Positions 18,280-27,730 are shown, counted from the first letter of the stretch. The stretch: DNA of 64,000 nucleotides from an uncultured Riemerella sp. (GCA_937890925.1 CALAEK010000064.1:591-64590); one strand, 5' to 3'. Program-made: numbers and translations. The notes: generated by a model not told the origin, from the letters alone.

Positions 18280-19008
18280 ATGGAACTTACAAAAGAAAGA
18301 AAACATAAAACAGGAGCTTATTATACTCCAAAGGAGTGGGCGAATTTGGCAGTGGAGTACATGAAAAAAGCGTTGCCAGAGCCACTGGAAAAATATGTTT
18401 TCTATGACCCTGCTGGAGGCGAAGGAGCTTTACTGGAAGCCTTGCCTGAGGGGTGTGAAAAATATGCGACTACACTGGAGGTAGAAGATGTAGAAATTAT
18501 GCGAAGCAAAGGGATGAAGGCTTGGCAATTTGATTTTTTGAATGATAATATCTATGAACTTCCGCACATTCTTCATCATGCGGCACAATGTGGAAGACTG
18601 GTGGTTTTTACCAATCCACCATTCGTAAAACTCCCATCCATTCCTAAAACTTGGGCTCACGAAACCTACGGAACGAATGATAGTATTTATCTGTTTTTCT
18701 ACCGAATATATGAAGAACTCAGGGCAAACTACTTGTGCAGTTTTAATAAGCCGCTGGGAAGACCTACCATGTCCATACATGGAGAGAATTTATATTACAA
18801 CTGGGATTTTTTAGGCGGATTTATGAGCTGGACAAAGGAACATTGGGGGCTTTCAGGAAGTTTTGCTATTGATTTTAATATGTTTGAACTGGTGGATGGC
18901 TGGATTGAGAGGCAGGAAGGAGGGAGACCTTATATTGTGCTGGATGTTTGGCAAGGTGGAGAAAAAACAGGAGAAAAGAAAAGTTACTTTTATAATAAGT
19001 CTTTTTGA
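18280..19008 (+). CDS. Short gamma-class N6-adenine DNA methyltransferase-like protein
   Basis: GAYYTPKEWA, motif I YDPAGGEGALL and motif IV VFTNPPFVK appear in gamma order. At only 242 aa there is no obvious separate target-recognition domain. Confidence 0.6.
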   Translation: MELTKERKHKTGAYYTPKEWANLAVEYMKKALPEPLEKYVFYDPAGGEGALLEALPEGCEKYATTLEVEDVEIMRSKGMKAWQFDFLNDNIYELPHILHHAAQCGRLVVFTNPPFVKLPSIPKTWAHETYGTNDSIYLFFYRIYEELRANYLCSFNKPLGRPTMSIHGENLYYNWDFLGGFMSWTKEHWGLSGSFAIDFNMFELVDGWIERQEGGRPYIVLDVWQGGEKTGEKKSYFYNKSF

Positions 19009-19051
19009 TAAACAATTCTTTTTTAGATTTTTGATTTTAAAATAAATAAAA

Positions 19052-20392
19052 ATGCAGAAAATAGATAATGATACCTATATAGTAGGGGGTAATTCTGTGG
19101 TGAGTTTCAGCGGTGCTGCCAAAGGTGCCAGCGCTGAACCTCACAGTGTTGCGAAAATAAATGCATCGGCTACAGATTCCAATAACTGGTGTAACTGGGG
19201 CGATGATAACCAATATCCTAAACGCCTGATGGAAAAAGTGGCGATGGTGGGCGCTGCTTTGGGCGGATTGGAGGTGCTTACTTCGGCTCATTATGGGCTG
19301 GGGCTGAAGGTTTTTGAATTAGTGGAAACCGAGGGCGATGCTGAATTTAGGGAGAAAATTCCCAGCAGTGAGCCAGATATCTATGATTTTTTTGACCGAA
19401 CGCAGTTTGAATTGGTATTGAGTGATTTGGTGGCAGATTTTGAGTGTTTTGGTATCGCTTTCCCAGAATTTCTGCTCAGTCCAAACGGCGAAGAAATTAT
19501 TTCTGTGTCGAGACAACAGGCAGGGTTCTGCAGGTTTGAAAAGCCAAAAAATGGAATGATAGAAAATATCTACATCAATTCTGCTTGGGGCGAAACGGAT
19601 TTTAACGAAAAAGATACCATAAAGGTGCGATGCTTCGGGCAGAATTTGTCCATGCATGAAATCAAGGACTACTGCAAGGCGAAGAAAATCAGCAAGTTCA
19701 TTGTTCCGATTGTCAATACCTTGATGATAGAGAAAGTTTATCCATCAGTCGGCTGGCATTCTTCGTTCAAAAACGGCTGGATGGATGTAGTATTGTCTGT
19801 TCCAGAACTGAAAAAACGAATGTTTGAGCAGCAGTTTAATTTTAAATATATGATTCATATCGCTGATGATTTCTTTATTCACAGATACGGAAAGGATGAG
19901 TGGGCGAAGTTCGATAGCAACCTCAAAAACAAACTCAGAGAAGAGCTGGTAAACAGCATAGATAAAGAGATGACGGGGAATAAAGGGAGCGGAAAAAGTT
20001 TGATTTCTCCATTTTTTAGGGACAAAAATTCGGGAGAGCTCATAAAGGGAATTCAGATTGAGGAAATTAAGCAGACACAGGCTGGCGGTGATTTTCTGCC
20101 CGATGCCAGTGCAGGAAACTCGGAGATTTTGTTCTCTATGGGGGTAGATCCAGCCCTTTTGGGTGCGGGTGTTCCTGGTGGGAAAAACTTGAGCGGTTCT
20201 GGTTCTGATAAGCGGGAGGCATGGACGATACTTTGTGCGAGGCTTCCGAGGAAACACGCCCGAACGCTTTGGGTTTTCAGACTAATTCAGAAATGGAATA
20301 ACTGGAACAAAGACCTTGTGGCGAAATTCCCGAACATCAATCTGACAACCTTGGACAAAAATCCAAATGGACAAGTGGCAGTTAAGAATTAA
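19052..20392 (+). CDS. Portal protein candidate
   Basis: 446-aa ORF downstream of the terminase. The call rests on size and position only. Confidence 0.45.
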   Translation: MQKIDNDTYIVGGNSVVSFSGAAKGASAEPHSVAKINASATDSNNWCNWGDDNQYPKRLMEKVAMVGAALGGLEVLTSAHYGLGLKVFELVETEGDAEFREKIPSSEPDIYDFFDRTQFELVLSDLVADFECFGIAFPEFLLSPNGEEIISVSRQQAGFCRFEKPKNGMIENIYINSAWGETDFNEKDTIKVRCFGQNLSMHEIKDYCKAKKISKFIVPIVNTLMIEKVYPSVGWHSSFKNGWMDVVLSVPELKKRMFEQQFNFKYMIHIADDFFIHRYGKDEWAKFDSNLKNKLREELVNSIDKEMTGNKGSGKSLISPFFRDKNSGELIKGIQIEEIKQTQAGGDFLPDASAGNSEILFSMGVDPALLGAGVPGGKNLSGSGSDKREAWTILCARLPRKHARTLWVFRLIQKWNNWNKDLVAKFPNINLTTLDKNPNGQVAVKN

Positions 20393-20440
20393 ATTACCAA
20401 AAGTAAAAGTTTCGTAATCAGTGCGGAAAATATAGTAATA

Positions 20441-21301
20441 ATGGAAAAAATAACAGAACAGAAAGCCAGAGAGCTGGTGAGCTTTCCGAAGAATTTTGAT
20501 TTTGAATTGATAGACCAGCAGTATGGATTTGAGAGAAAGATTTTCTCTGTAGTAGACAAAAATGTTTTTGAGGAACTGAAGAGTTCAAGCCCAGTGGCTT
20601 ATCATTATCTGGCAATAGCGGGGCTTCATTACAGTTTTGTTTTGTCGTTTCCGAGGATAAAGGTTCATCTGAGTAACTATGGAATTAACCAATATGAGCA
20701 GGGAACGACCAAGAACGCCAGTTGGTGGGATGTTCGTGACTTGGCTTTGAGTTGGCTCAGAAAGGCAGATTTTTATTTAGAAAAAGCTCTAAATATTTTA
20801 GAGGGAAAACAAAATATTTCTTTTTTCAAGAGAAGTTTTTCTCTACTGCCATTTTCTGCATCGAAATATTATTTCGGAGAAATTTCTCCAGAGGTTTATT
20901 TGAGACTTTCAGATTTGATGCGTGTTGATTTGGACGAACTTCTTTCCAAAATGAAACCTTGTGAAGCAGATGTTCTTCTGGGCGATGATGAATTAAGAGG
21001 TATGATAATGAAATATTGCATCGAGAAGTCTATCGCAGATGCGGCGGCGGAGCAGGGATTTCTGTTTACCAGCACAGGCATTGTGGTACAGTATGAGGAA
21101 TTGCCGTGGCAGAAGTCTGTAGTGCTTACAGATGAGGAAAAAAGAATATTCCAGGAACGCCATATCAGGGGAAGTGAACGCTACCTTACACAAATATGGG
21201 ATTATCTAAGTATATACAGGGACAAATTCCCTTGCTGGAGCGGGGAAGATTCTCAGCCGAAAGTCCCTATCATCGCAAAAAAGGGAGGTCTCTTCTTGTA
21301 A
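20441..21301 (+). CDS. Hypothetical virion-module protein
   Basis: 286-aa ORF between the portal candidate and the structural paralog. Confidence 0.4.
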   Translation: MEKITEQKARELVSFPKNFDFELIDQQYGFERKIFSVVDKNVFEELKSSSPVAYHYLAIAGLHYSFVLSFPRIKVHLSNYGINQYEQGTTKNASWWDVRDLALSWLRKADFYLEKALNILEGKQNISFFKRSFSLLPFSASKYYFGEISPEVYLRLSDLMRVDLDELLSKMKPCEADVLLGDDELRGMIMKYCIEKSIADAAAEQGFLFTSTGIVVQYEELPWQKSVVLTDEEKRIFQERHIRGSERYLTQIWDYLSIYRDKFPCWSGEDSQPKVPIIAKKGGLFL

Positions 21302-21302
21302 T

Positions 21303-21944
21303 ATGATGTCTTTTTTTAGCACCCTGCGGGGTGCTATTTTTGTTCTTGTGATTACAGAAATACATACAGAAGATTTGCATTATTGCCCGAGCACAGAGGT
21401 GTTTGGAGGTATTTTGGTGAGGCTCTACTATGCTTCTGTTTCAGACTTTGCGAAAATAGTTCTTCCAGAAGCGGAGGGTTACGAAGACAGCAGGACAATT
21501 TCTAAAGGAAATATTTTACTCAAACACGGAAAAAGCCTAAAGGCTGTGGATGTTTATCTAGACCAAGGTTCTCTATCGGAGAAGGTCACTGGCAGTGTGA
21601 AGAGATGGAAGCAGATGAGCGAGCTTTCGTTTCAGCTGACAGGAATGACGCCTAGAAACCTTGGTTTTCTTTCTCAAACGGGGAATTCTGGACTGGTGTT
21701 TTTGGTTTCGGATAGTAACGGCAGAGCTTGGGTTCTGGGGAATCTTAGAAACGCTGCATACCTTACCAGTGGAGATGCTACTTCTGGGAAGAAATTCGAA
21801 GAGGATAATATGGTAAGTTTCACTTTTTCAGCAAATTCGGGGCTGTATGAATATGCAGGAAGCATCGCTGAAATAGGAGAGGAGGAGAAGAAAAAACAAG
21901 TAGGAGGATTCTCCAGAGGATTTAGTAAAGGATTTAGAATATAA
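21303..21944 (+). CDS. Virion structural protein, paralog B (tail-tube-like family)
   Basis: Homologous to 11824..12375, with an extra Gly/Lys-rich C-terminal tail. Confidence 0.45.
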   Translation: MMSFFSTLRGAIFVLVITEIHTEDLHYCPSTEVFGGILVRLYYASVSDFAKIVLPEAEGYEDSRTISKGNILLKHGKSLKAVDVYLDQGSLSEKVTGSVKRWKQMSELSFQLTGMTPRNLGFLSQTGNSGLVFLVSDSNGRAWVLGNLRNAAYLTSGDATSGKKFEEDNMVSFTFSANSGLYEYAGSIAEIGEEEKKKQVGGFSRGFSKGFRI

Positions 21945-21955
21945 ATAAAGAAACA

Positions 21956-23710
21956 ATGAGTAATGTGTCTACATTGGAAGAAATTAAAGGACTTCTTCCT
22001 GACAACAACAATGGAGAAATTACAGAAGCAAAACTCAGAGAAAGTTTTGAGAAAACCTTTTCTGAATTAAATAGAAAAGCAGATTCATCTAGAATAGAGA
22101 GTGTAGAGAGTGTTCTTCCTCTAGTTGCGACCAAAGAGGAGCTGAAAGCTGTTGAAGATAAAATAAAGAGCGGAGGCTCTACACCTGCTCCCAGCGTAAA
22201 TAACAAACTTGCTGGAAAGAAGATTTCGTTCATTGGAGATTCTATTACTTCGTGGGGAGAGAGTACAAATAATGAATATACACCAGCCAAAGGTTATGCC
22301 TATGAGGATGTATGGACTGCACAACTTTTAAGTCTTACAGGTGGAGTAAAAGCAACGCTTGATGGCAGGGCTGGTTCTAGAGTTACAGGAATAGATGGCG
22401 ACGCCTTTGCTTTTTCCAGAACAAAAGTGGTAGCTCAAGATAGTGATTTTATATTCATTTTCATGGGCGCAAATGACCAGCGTGCACTGAATGTGCCTAC
22501 TACTGGTGTTCCTTTGGGAGAAATTAAAGATAAAACTTCTCTTGGGGATATTACTAATGTAAACAATCCAAACCTTAAAAAGTTCACAGAAGCTTATCAG
22601 TTAGCATTGGAGAATATGCTTCCTTATTATAAAAAGTCACAAATCATATTGATGACTCCACTTCGGTCTTTCCATGAGGGGTCTACAGATGACCAAAATA
22701 AAGATTCTGATAAACTTGCTGAAAGGATCATTGATATAGCAAAGATGTATGGTATCAAGTGGATAGATATGAGGGAAGTAGGTATAACTAAATATAACCA
22801 TGGAATCTATTTTTATGATGGTTTGCATCCAAATAAAAGAGGGCACAGGCTAATTGCAGAGTATGTAACCAGCAAAATGCTGGAATTTGGGACAGTGGGG
22901 AAATTGGAGGCATCGGATTATTACACTAAAACACAAATAGATGAAAAACTAAAAGCCCTACCAAAAGGGAATACACCTACTCCTTCAGGTAATATGGTTA
23001 TAGGTGGAGCTAATCTTTTTAAAAATACGGCTCTTCCGTTACTTTCACCTAACAACCCCTCTCCAAGTGAAAATACGGGAACTTCTGCTGTTATGAGTGA
23101 TGCTACAGGAAGTTTTGTGAGGTATACTCCTGTATCTCATCAAGTTGTCGGAGTATATGGTTTTAAAATGGAGGGTATAGTTGCAGGAACTCATTCTAGA
23201 AGTATGGATTTTAGGCATTCTCACACAGGGAATGTTACAATTTGGGGACAGAGTATTCCTCCGAATGTTTGGACTAGGATAAAGCAGGAAGCCTTTAATT
23301 TGGACAGTTCGTGGATGGTAGCGTTTACTTCTGATGTTCAAGGGGTAGCTGTAGACATTAGAAATTTTAAGCTAGAAAAAGGGACAAAAGCAACAGATTG
23401 GACACCACATATTTCTGAATACAACCTTGGAATTTCTGATACTATGGTGGATACTGTATTGCCTTGGACACATGATTTGGAAGTTGTGGCAGAAACGAAT
23501 GGTGCTAATGACCGAGTAATCTACAAGCTCCCAAGAATAGAAAGTTTTGCTGAAATATTGGAGTTTAGACTTATTCAGCGTAGCGGCACAGTTACCGAAA
23601 TAAAAGGTTTGAAAGTGATAACTACCATTACAGGTAGAAAAGGTATTCCATTAAAGGCGGAAGAAATAGGAGACCCAGTGAAAGTGTATATAAAGGCTTT
23701 ATTGAAGTAA
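21956..23710 (+). CDS. Tail fibre/spike with an SGNH (GDSL) esterase domain
   Basis: N-terminal coiled-coil segment. GDSL block I is KISFIGDSITSWG and block V is YDGLHPNKRGH. The C-terminal roughly 270 aa is beta-rich, consistent with a receptor-binding region. Confidence 0.7.
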   Translation: MSNVSTLEEIKGLLPDNNNGEITEAKLRESFEKTFSELNRKADSSRIESVESVLPLVATKEELKAVEDKIKSGGSTPAPSVNNKLAGKKISFIGDSITSWGESTNNEYTPAKGYAYEDVWTAQLLSLTGGVKATLDGRAGSRVTGIDGDAFAFSRTKVVAQDSDFIFIFMGANDQRALNVPTTGVPLGEIKDKTSLGDITNVNNPNLKKFTEAYQLALENMLPYYKKSQIILMTPLRSFHEGSTDDQNKDSDKLAERIIDIAKMYGIKWIDMREVGITKYNHGIYFYDGLHPNKRGHRLIAEYVTSKMLEFGTVGKLEASDYYTKTQIDEKLKALPKGNTPTPSGNMVIGGANLFKNTALPLLSPNNPSPSENTGTSAVMSDATGSFVRYTPVSHQVVGVYGFKMEGIVAGTHSRSMDFRHSHTGNVTIWGQSIPPNVWTRIKQEAFNLDSSWMVAFTSDVQGVAVDIRNFKLEKGTKATDWTPHISEYNLGISDTMVDTVLPWTHDLEVVAETNGANDRVIYKLPRIESFAEILEFRLIQRSGTVTEIKGLKVITTITGRKGIPLKAEEIGDPVKVYIKALLK

Positions 23711-23727
23711 AAAATAATAATTTAAAA

Positions 23728-24255
23728 ATGAATATAAAAGAATTTATTGTGGACAACCTGGTGTTGTTATACAAAGGGAGTTTTTCGCAGAAGTTGTTGG
23801 CATCAGCACAGTTGTCTCTAGCTCCAGCGGCAGCCGTAACTCTCACGGAACGGATTAGCGGGTGGTATGTAGAAAGTGAGTTTTTCCTATTCTGCTTGTG
23901 TGTGGTTTTAGTAATAGACCATATTTTAGATAGTTATGTTCACTTGATAATTCTTAAGGATTTCACATTCAAAGGAAATCTCAAAGAATTGATTACTAAA
24001 TTATCTATTATTTCAATGGGATTTATCATTTTGTCTGTTATCAATAAGGTTTTGGAACCGATAGAGTTTTTCAAGAGTTATTTCAGCGTATTGGTTCAGC
24101 TCATGGTTATTCTCTATCCTGGCGCTACTGCACTTACAAACATGTCGGTTGTTACAGGGGGAAGATTCCCGCCGAGCGGACTTTTGGATAAAATAAAAAA
24201 CTTCCACAATAGTGGAGATATTGACGATTTAAAAAGCAAAAAAGATGAAAAGTAA
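23728..24255 (+). CDS. Multi-pass membrane protein (holin-like)
   Basis: 175 aa with several hydrophobic helices. It is the first gene of the lysis cluster. Confidence 0.4.
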   Translation: MNIKEFIVDNLVLLYKGSFSQKLLASAQLSLAPAAAVTLTERISGWYVESEFFLFCLCVVLVIDHILDSYVHLIILKDFTFKGNLKELITKLSIISMGFIILSVINKVLEPIEFFKSYFSVLVQLMVILYPGATALTNMSVVTGGRFPPSGLLDKIKNFHNSGDIDDLKSKKDEK

Positions 24256-24766
24256 AATCAGCCACAGAATAGGATTCTGGCTCCTGCTTGCTTGTCTGCT
24301 ATTGTCCATGGTAAGCTGTGGGAGCCGAAAGGCAGTCCTAGAAAAAGAGAAGTCAGAAATCAGCATTCACGAAGCTGAAAGAGAGAAAAAAGATTCCACG
24401 GGGATTTCCCAAACCAGGGAACACGAGGAATATAGCAGTATCAGTATGGATTCTGGGTTTAGTATTACTCCGATCGGGAATACACCTGCGGAATTTTCAT
24501 TTTTCTACAATGGTAAAGAAGTCAAAGGAAAGACTACAGGGAAACTGGATTTTAATAATAAGAAGGATTTGTCAAATAAAAAAACTGACACCTATAAAAC
24601 AGATACTGTTGCAGTAAGCACCGATAAAGAAAAAGAAACACAGACTAAAGCAAAAACAGAAACCAAATCCAAGCAGACCGAACGGAGGGAGAGCTGGTGG
24701 GTTTATTTCGTAATATTTGCTGCGGGAGGTCTATGCTGGGAATTTTTGAGAAACAAGATATTTTAA
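24245..24766 (+). CDS. Lipoprotein with a C-terminal TM helix (unimolecular-spanin-like topology)
   Basis: Signal peptide plus lipobox (LLLSMVSCGS) and a C-terminal helix WWVYFVIFAAGGLCWEFL. It lies in the lysis cluster. Confidence 0.45.
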   Translation: MKSKISHRIGFWLLLACLLLSMVSCGSRKAVLEKEKSEISIHEAEREKKDSTGISQTREHEEYSSISMDSGFSITPIGNTPAEFSFFYNGKEVKGKTTGKLDFNNKKDLSNKKTDTYKTDTVAVSTDKEKETQTKAKTETKSKQTERRESWWVYFVIFAAGGLCWEFLRNKIF

Positions 24767-24777
24767 AATTTAGATTA

Positions 24778-24966
24778 ATGTATAGTATTAATTTGATATG
24801 TCTAATTGCTGCATTGTTCTTTCTAATCATGAGTACTTCTGATAAAACAGAACTTTATGATAGGAGGGGAGTAGATGTGGAGCTTGAAACAATGAAAACT
24901 ATAATGTATATAGTATGTTCATTTATTCTTATTGTGTGTTCAGTAAAAGATTGGAGTAATAATTAA
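24778..24966 (+). CDS. Two-TM small membrane protein (holin candidate)
   Basis: Internal ATG of track ORF 24697..24966. 62 aa with helices INLICLIAALFFLIM and IMYIVCSFILIVCSV. Confidence 0.35.
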   Translation: MYSINLICLIAALFFLIMSTSDKTELYDRRGVDVELETMKTIMYIVCSFILIVCSVKDWSNN

Positions 24967-24978
24967 ATTTATAAAGCT

Positions 24979-25140
24979 ATGAGTACATTTGATGCCTTAG
25001 GGCTTATTTTCATTGGAATTGGAATTGGTTTTGTGCTAACCAAAGGCTGGCAGCTTCATAAGTCTATCTATGATAAAGCTCGCAGAGATGCCGAAGAAAC
25101 CGAAAGAAAAAGAAAAGAAGAACAAAACCAAAATCCGTAA
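24979..25140 (+). CDS. Single-TM small protein with a charged tail (holin/antiholin candidate)
   Basis: 53-aa ORF below the track cutoff ([24 protein letters not shown]...[19 protein letters not shown]). It ends 2 nt before the endolysin ATG. Confidence 0.4.
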   Translation: MSTFDALGLIFIGIGIGFVLTKGWQLHKSIYDKARRDAEETERKRKEEQNQNP

Positions 25141-25142
25141 AT

Positions 25143-25613
25143 ATGAAAACAGTATCCCATTTTAGAAACAGATTCGGGGCTCCCAATCCTACTGGGGCTG
25201 GTTATTTGGTAACCATAGATCTGCCGTATCCTATGCGGTTGGCTTGGAACAAAAGCCAAACCATTAGAAAAATAACCTGCCACAAGGAAATAGCAGAGCC
25301 GTTGAAAGCCGTATTTTCTGATATTCTGAAACATTACGGACCAGATAAAATCAGAGAATTGGGCATTGATATTTTCGGAGGCTGTTTTAATTTCCGAAAA
25401 ATGCGTGGGGGCAGTGAGTTTTCAGTTCATTCCTGGGGACTTGCCATTGACCTTGACCCTGAAAGAAATCAGCTGAAAGAAACAGCCAGAACAGCCCGTT
25501 TTGCCCGACCAGAATATAAAGCGATGATTGATATCTTCTACAAACACGGCTTTATTTCGCTCGGAAGGGAGAAAAACTATGACTGGATGCATTTCCAGTG
25601 GGAAAAATTTTAG
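25143..25613 (+). CDS. M15-family (VanY-like) peptidoglycan peptidase endolysin
   Basis: [16 protein letters not shown] and DWMHFQW are zinc-ligand motifs of peptidase M15. Confidence 0.8.
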   Translation: MKTVSHFRNRFGAPNPTGAGYLVTIDLPYPMRLAWNKSQTIRKITCHKEIAEPLKAVFSDILKHYGPDKIRELGIDIFGGCFNFRKMRGGSEFSVHSWGLAIDLDPERNQLKETARTARFARPEYKAMIDIFYKHGFISLGREKNYDWMHFQWEKF

Positions 25614-25619
25614 TGAAAA

Positions 25620-26390
25620 ATGAATCAAATCAGTGTTCCAGACTGCTGGGAGGAGCTTACGGATTACCAGCAAAGAGAGATTATCCATATCATCAGCCAT
25701 ACGGATACGGAAGATTTTACCGAGCAATACATTCAGATTGTGCAGATTCTTTTGATGAAAAAAGGAAGTATTTGGGAGCGTGTCAAGATGCGAAAGGTTT
25801 TGAAAAACATACCGATTTCTAATTTTGCTCCAGCTCTTAAATTCATATCAGAAGAACCGAAACTGCATCATTTTCCAGAAATTAAAGGCTTGGTAAAACC
25901 TGCCGTAAGAATGGGGGATATTACCATAGAGCAGTTTTCTGTCTGCGATACCTTGTTCTATCGTTACCAGACGGAGAAAAAGGAGGTGTATCTCCGCCAG
26001 CTGGTGGCTGCATTATATCGGCTGGACCCGAAGAGCGAGAGCATAGAACCAAAATTTGATAAAAACCTGCTTCCGAAAGTTGCTGAAATTACAGACAAAA
26101 TAGATGTAAAGGAAGCCGAGCGAATAGGTTTTATCTTCGGAGCAGTGCGGATGTATATTGCCAAGGTGTATCCGAGCATTTTCAAGAGCGACACGCCACG
26201 CTCAGAAGATCAGCCTGTATTTGCTGTCAAGAAAAAATTCACTCCATTTTCTCAAATTGTAGTAATGATGGCAGCAGATGAACTCCGCCTGCTGGGGAAC
26301 CTGCACGAGTGCCAGAAGACTCTGCTGTATGATTTCATGAATGCATTTTTGGAAAGTAATAAAATTCATAAACTGAAAAACAAAGCATAA
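25620..26390 (+). CDS. Hypothetical protein
   Basis: 256-aa ORF coupled to the next gene (ATGA). Confidence 0.4.
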   Translation: MNQISVPDCWEELTDYQQREIIHIISHTDTEDFTEQYIQIVQILLMKKGSIWERVKMRKVLKNIPISNFAPALKFISEEPKLHHFPEIKGLVKPAVRMGDITIEQFSVCDTLFYRYQTEKKEVYLRQLVAALYRLDPKSESIEPKFDKNLLPKVAEITDKIDVKEAERIGFIFGAVRMYIAKVYPSIFKSDTPRSEDQPVFAVKKKFTPFSQIVVMMAADELRLLGNLHECQKTLLYDFMNAFLESNKIHKLKNKA

Positions 26391-26893
26391 TGAGAGGAAC
26401 ATCTTATTTAGAGTTAAAGAATTACTTTAACCAAATCGTGGAAAAATCTGAATTCTTGGAGGATTTTATTGGTTATTTTTCAAGAGAATTAAGAAACAAA
26501 GAGCAGAGTTCCAGAGGAATTCAGTTTCCGTGCTTGGCTCTTTTTAACTATAATTTTGGGATTGAAGGAGAGCAGATGGCGACTTCATCAGCAGTGCGAA
26601 ATCTGAGTTTCGCTATTCTTCTGGACGCTCCAGCAGATGACTACGAAAAACAATACGAGGCAATAGACAAGGCAGAAAAACTGGCTTTGAAAGTAGCATC
26701 ACGAATGCGCTTTGATGCCAATAAACCCGAACATTTCCTTTATGGTGCGTTTGTAAAAAACAGCGTAGAAGTCCGCCCTGTGGAACTGGATGTGAGCAGG
26801 CTCTTCGGGGTAGAAGTGAGTTTCCAGCTGAAGAACATTCAGTCGCTGAAACTTGATGCTGATGACTGGAGCGATGTAGATAAAGTATGCTAA
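26390..26893 (+). CDS. Hypothetical protein
   Basis: 167-aa ORF followed by a strong terminator. Confidence 0.4.
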   Translation: MRGTSYLELKNYFNQIVEKSEFLEDFIGYFSRELRNKEQSSRGIQFPCLALFNYNFGIEGEQMATSSAVRNLSFAILLDAPADDYEKQYEAIDKAEKLALKVASRMRFDANKPEHFLYGAFVKNSVEVRPVELDVSRLFGVEVSFQLKNIQSLKLDADDWSDVDKVC

Positions 26894-26899
26894 TAAAAA

Positions 26900-26933
26900 C
26901 AGCGAGAATGTGGCAAATTCTCGCTGTTTTTTT
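26900..26933 (+). terminator. Rho-independent terminator
   Basis: CAGCGAGAAT-N7-ATTCTCGCTG followed by T7. Confidence 0.7.
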
Positions 26934-27095
26934 CCATGTTATTTTTGATTTGGAAAAAAATCGTGTTTTTTTTCAATAAAACATTTACATTTGTAATGTA
27001 AAATTAGAATTGAATATGGATTGGATTGTATGGGTTATTGCAGCATTGGTTTTCGTGTTTTTTTTCATTGGAGACCAAAGAAAAAACAAGTAGGT

Positions 27096-27452
27096 CTAAT
27101 TTAGATTAGACCTTGTTTCGTTGTCTATATTATTATCTTCCCATTTTAGGTAGTCGGCATACCATTTCCACGCTTCATCCAAGAACTCTGTTTCGGATAT
27201 TATGGGAGACATAGCGCCTCCTGTGGCTTCTACATTATTCTGGACCAAGACAAGCTCAAACACCTCGCTTCCATAATGGTAAATTTTACGAGGCTTATTT
27301 AAGTTGTTCTTGTTGAGAGTAACCGTTGCTATTTCCTCTGGAATAATCAACACCAAAGACAAATAATGTGGAGAATAGATATACTTAAATACTCTATCCT
27401 GCGGTTCTTCTGCCAGAAGGAATTTTGGCATTTTTATTTCTTCTATCTTCAT
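27096..27452 (-). CDS. Hypothetical protein co-transcribed with the HTH regulator
   Basis: 118-aa ORF beginning 3 nt after the stop of the HTH gene. No motif recognised. Opposite strand to the rest of the late region. Confidence 0.5.
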   Translation of the reverse strand: MKIEEIKMPKFLLAEEPQDRVFKYIYSPHYLSLVLIIPEEIATVTLNKNNLNKPRKIYHYGSEVFELVLVQNNVEATGGAMSPIISETEFLDEAWKWYADYLKWEDNNIDNETRSNLN

Positions 27453-27455
27453 AGT

Positions 27456-27701
27456 TTATTTTTTTCTGATTCCTAACCATTCGCCTGTTTTGTCATCGTA
27501 GAAGTGTGCATATCCCTCAGATGTTTCTATGAGTTCGTGAATTTCGCAGCCAATAGCATTTGCTATTTCTTGTATAGAACTAAATTTAGGATTATTGTTC
27601 ATTCTTTTAAAAAGTGATGGGTAACTAATACCTATTTTTTCAGCAACCTTACCTAATTCTATATTTTTTCTTTTGGCTACTTCTTTAAAAAGTAATTTCA
27701 T
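27456..27701 (-). CDS. XRE-family HTH regulator (second repressor-like gene inside the prophage)
   Basis: MKLLFKEVAKRKNIELGKVAEKIGISYPSLFKRMNNNP...IQEIANAIGCEIHELI. The likely start is M18 of track ORF 27456..27752. Confidence 0.7.
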   Translation of the reverse strand: MKLLFKEVAKRKNIELGKVAEKIGISYPSLFKRMNNNPKFSSIQEIANAIGCEIHELIETSEGYAHFYDDKTGEWLGIRKK

Positions 27702-27730
27702 AATGATTATTTTAATGATGCAAATATAAT

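Noticed and set aside
27096-27125. Apparent 1-nt discrepancy: my hand translation of the displayed bases ends the 118-aa ORF as ...NNIDKRNKV*, while the ORF track gives ...NNIDNETRSNLN*
   Set aside because: The most likely cause is my own miscount of a T-run near 27120, with a compensating one near 27050-27060. I did not treat it as a frameshift or pseudogene, and I used the track coordinates.
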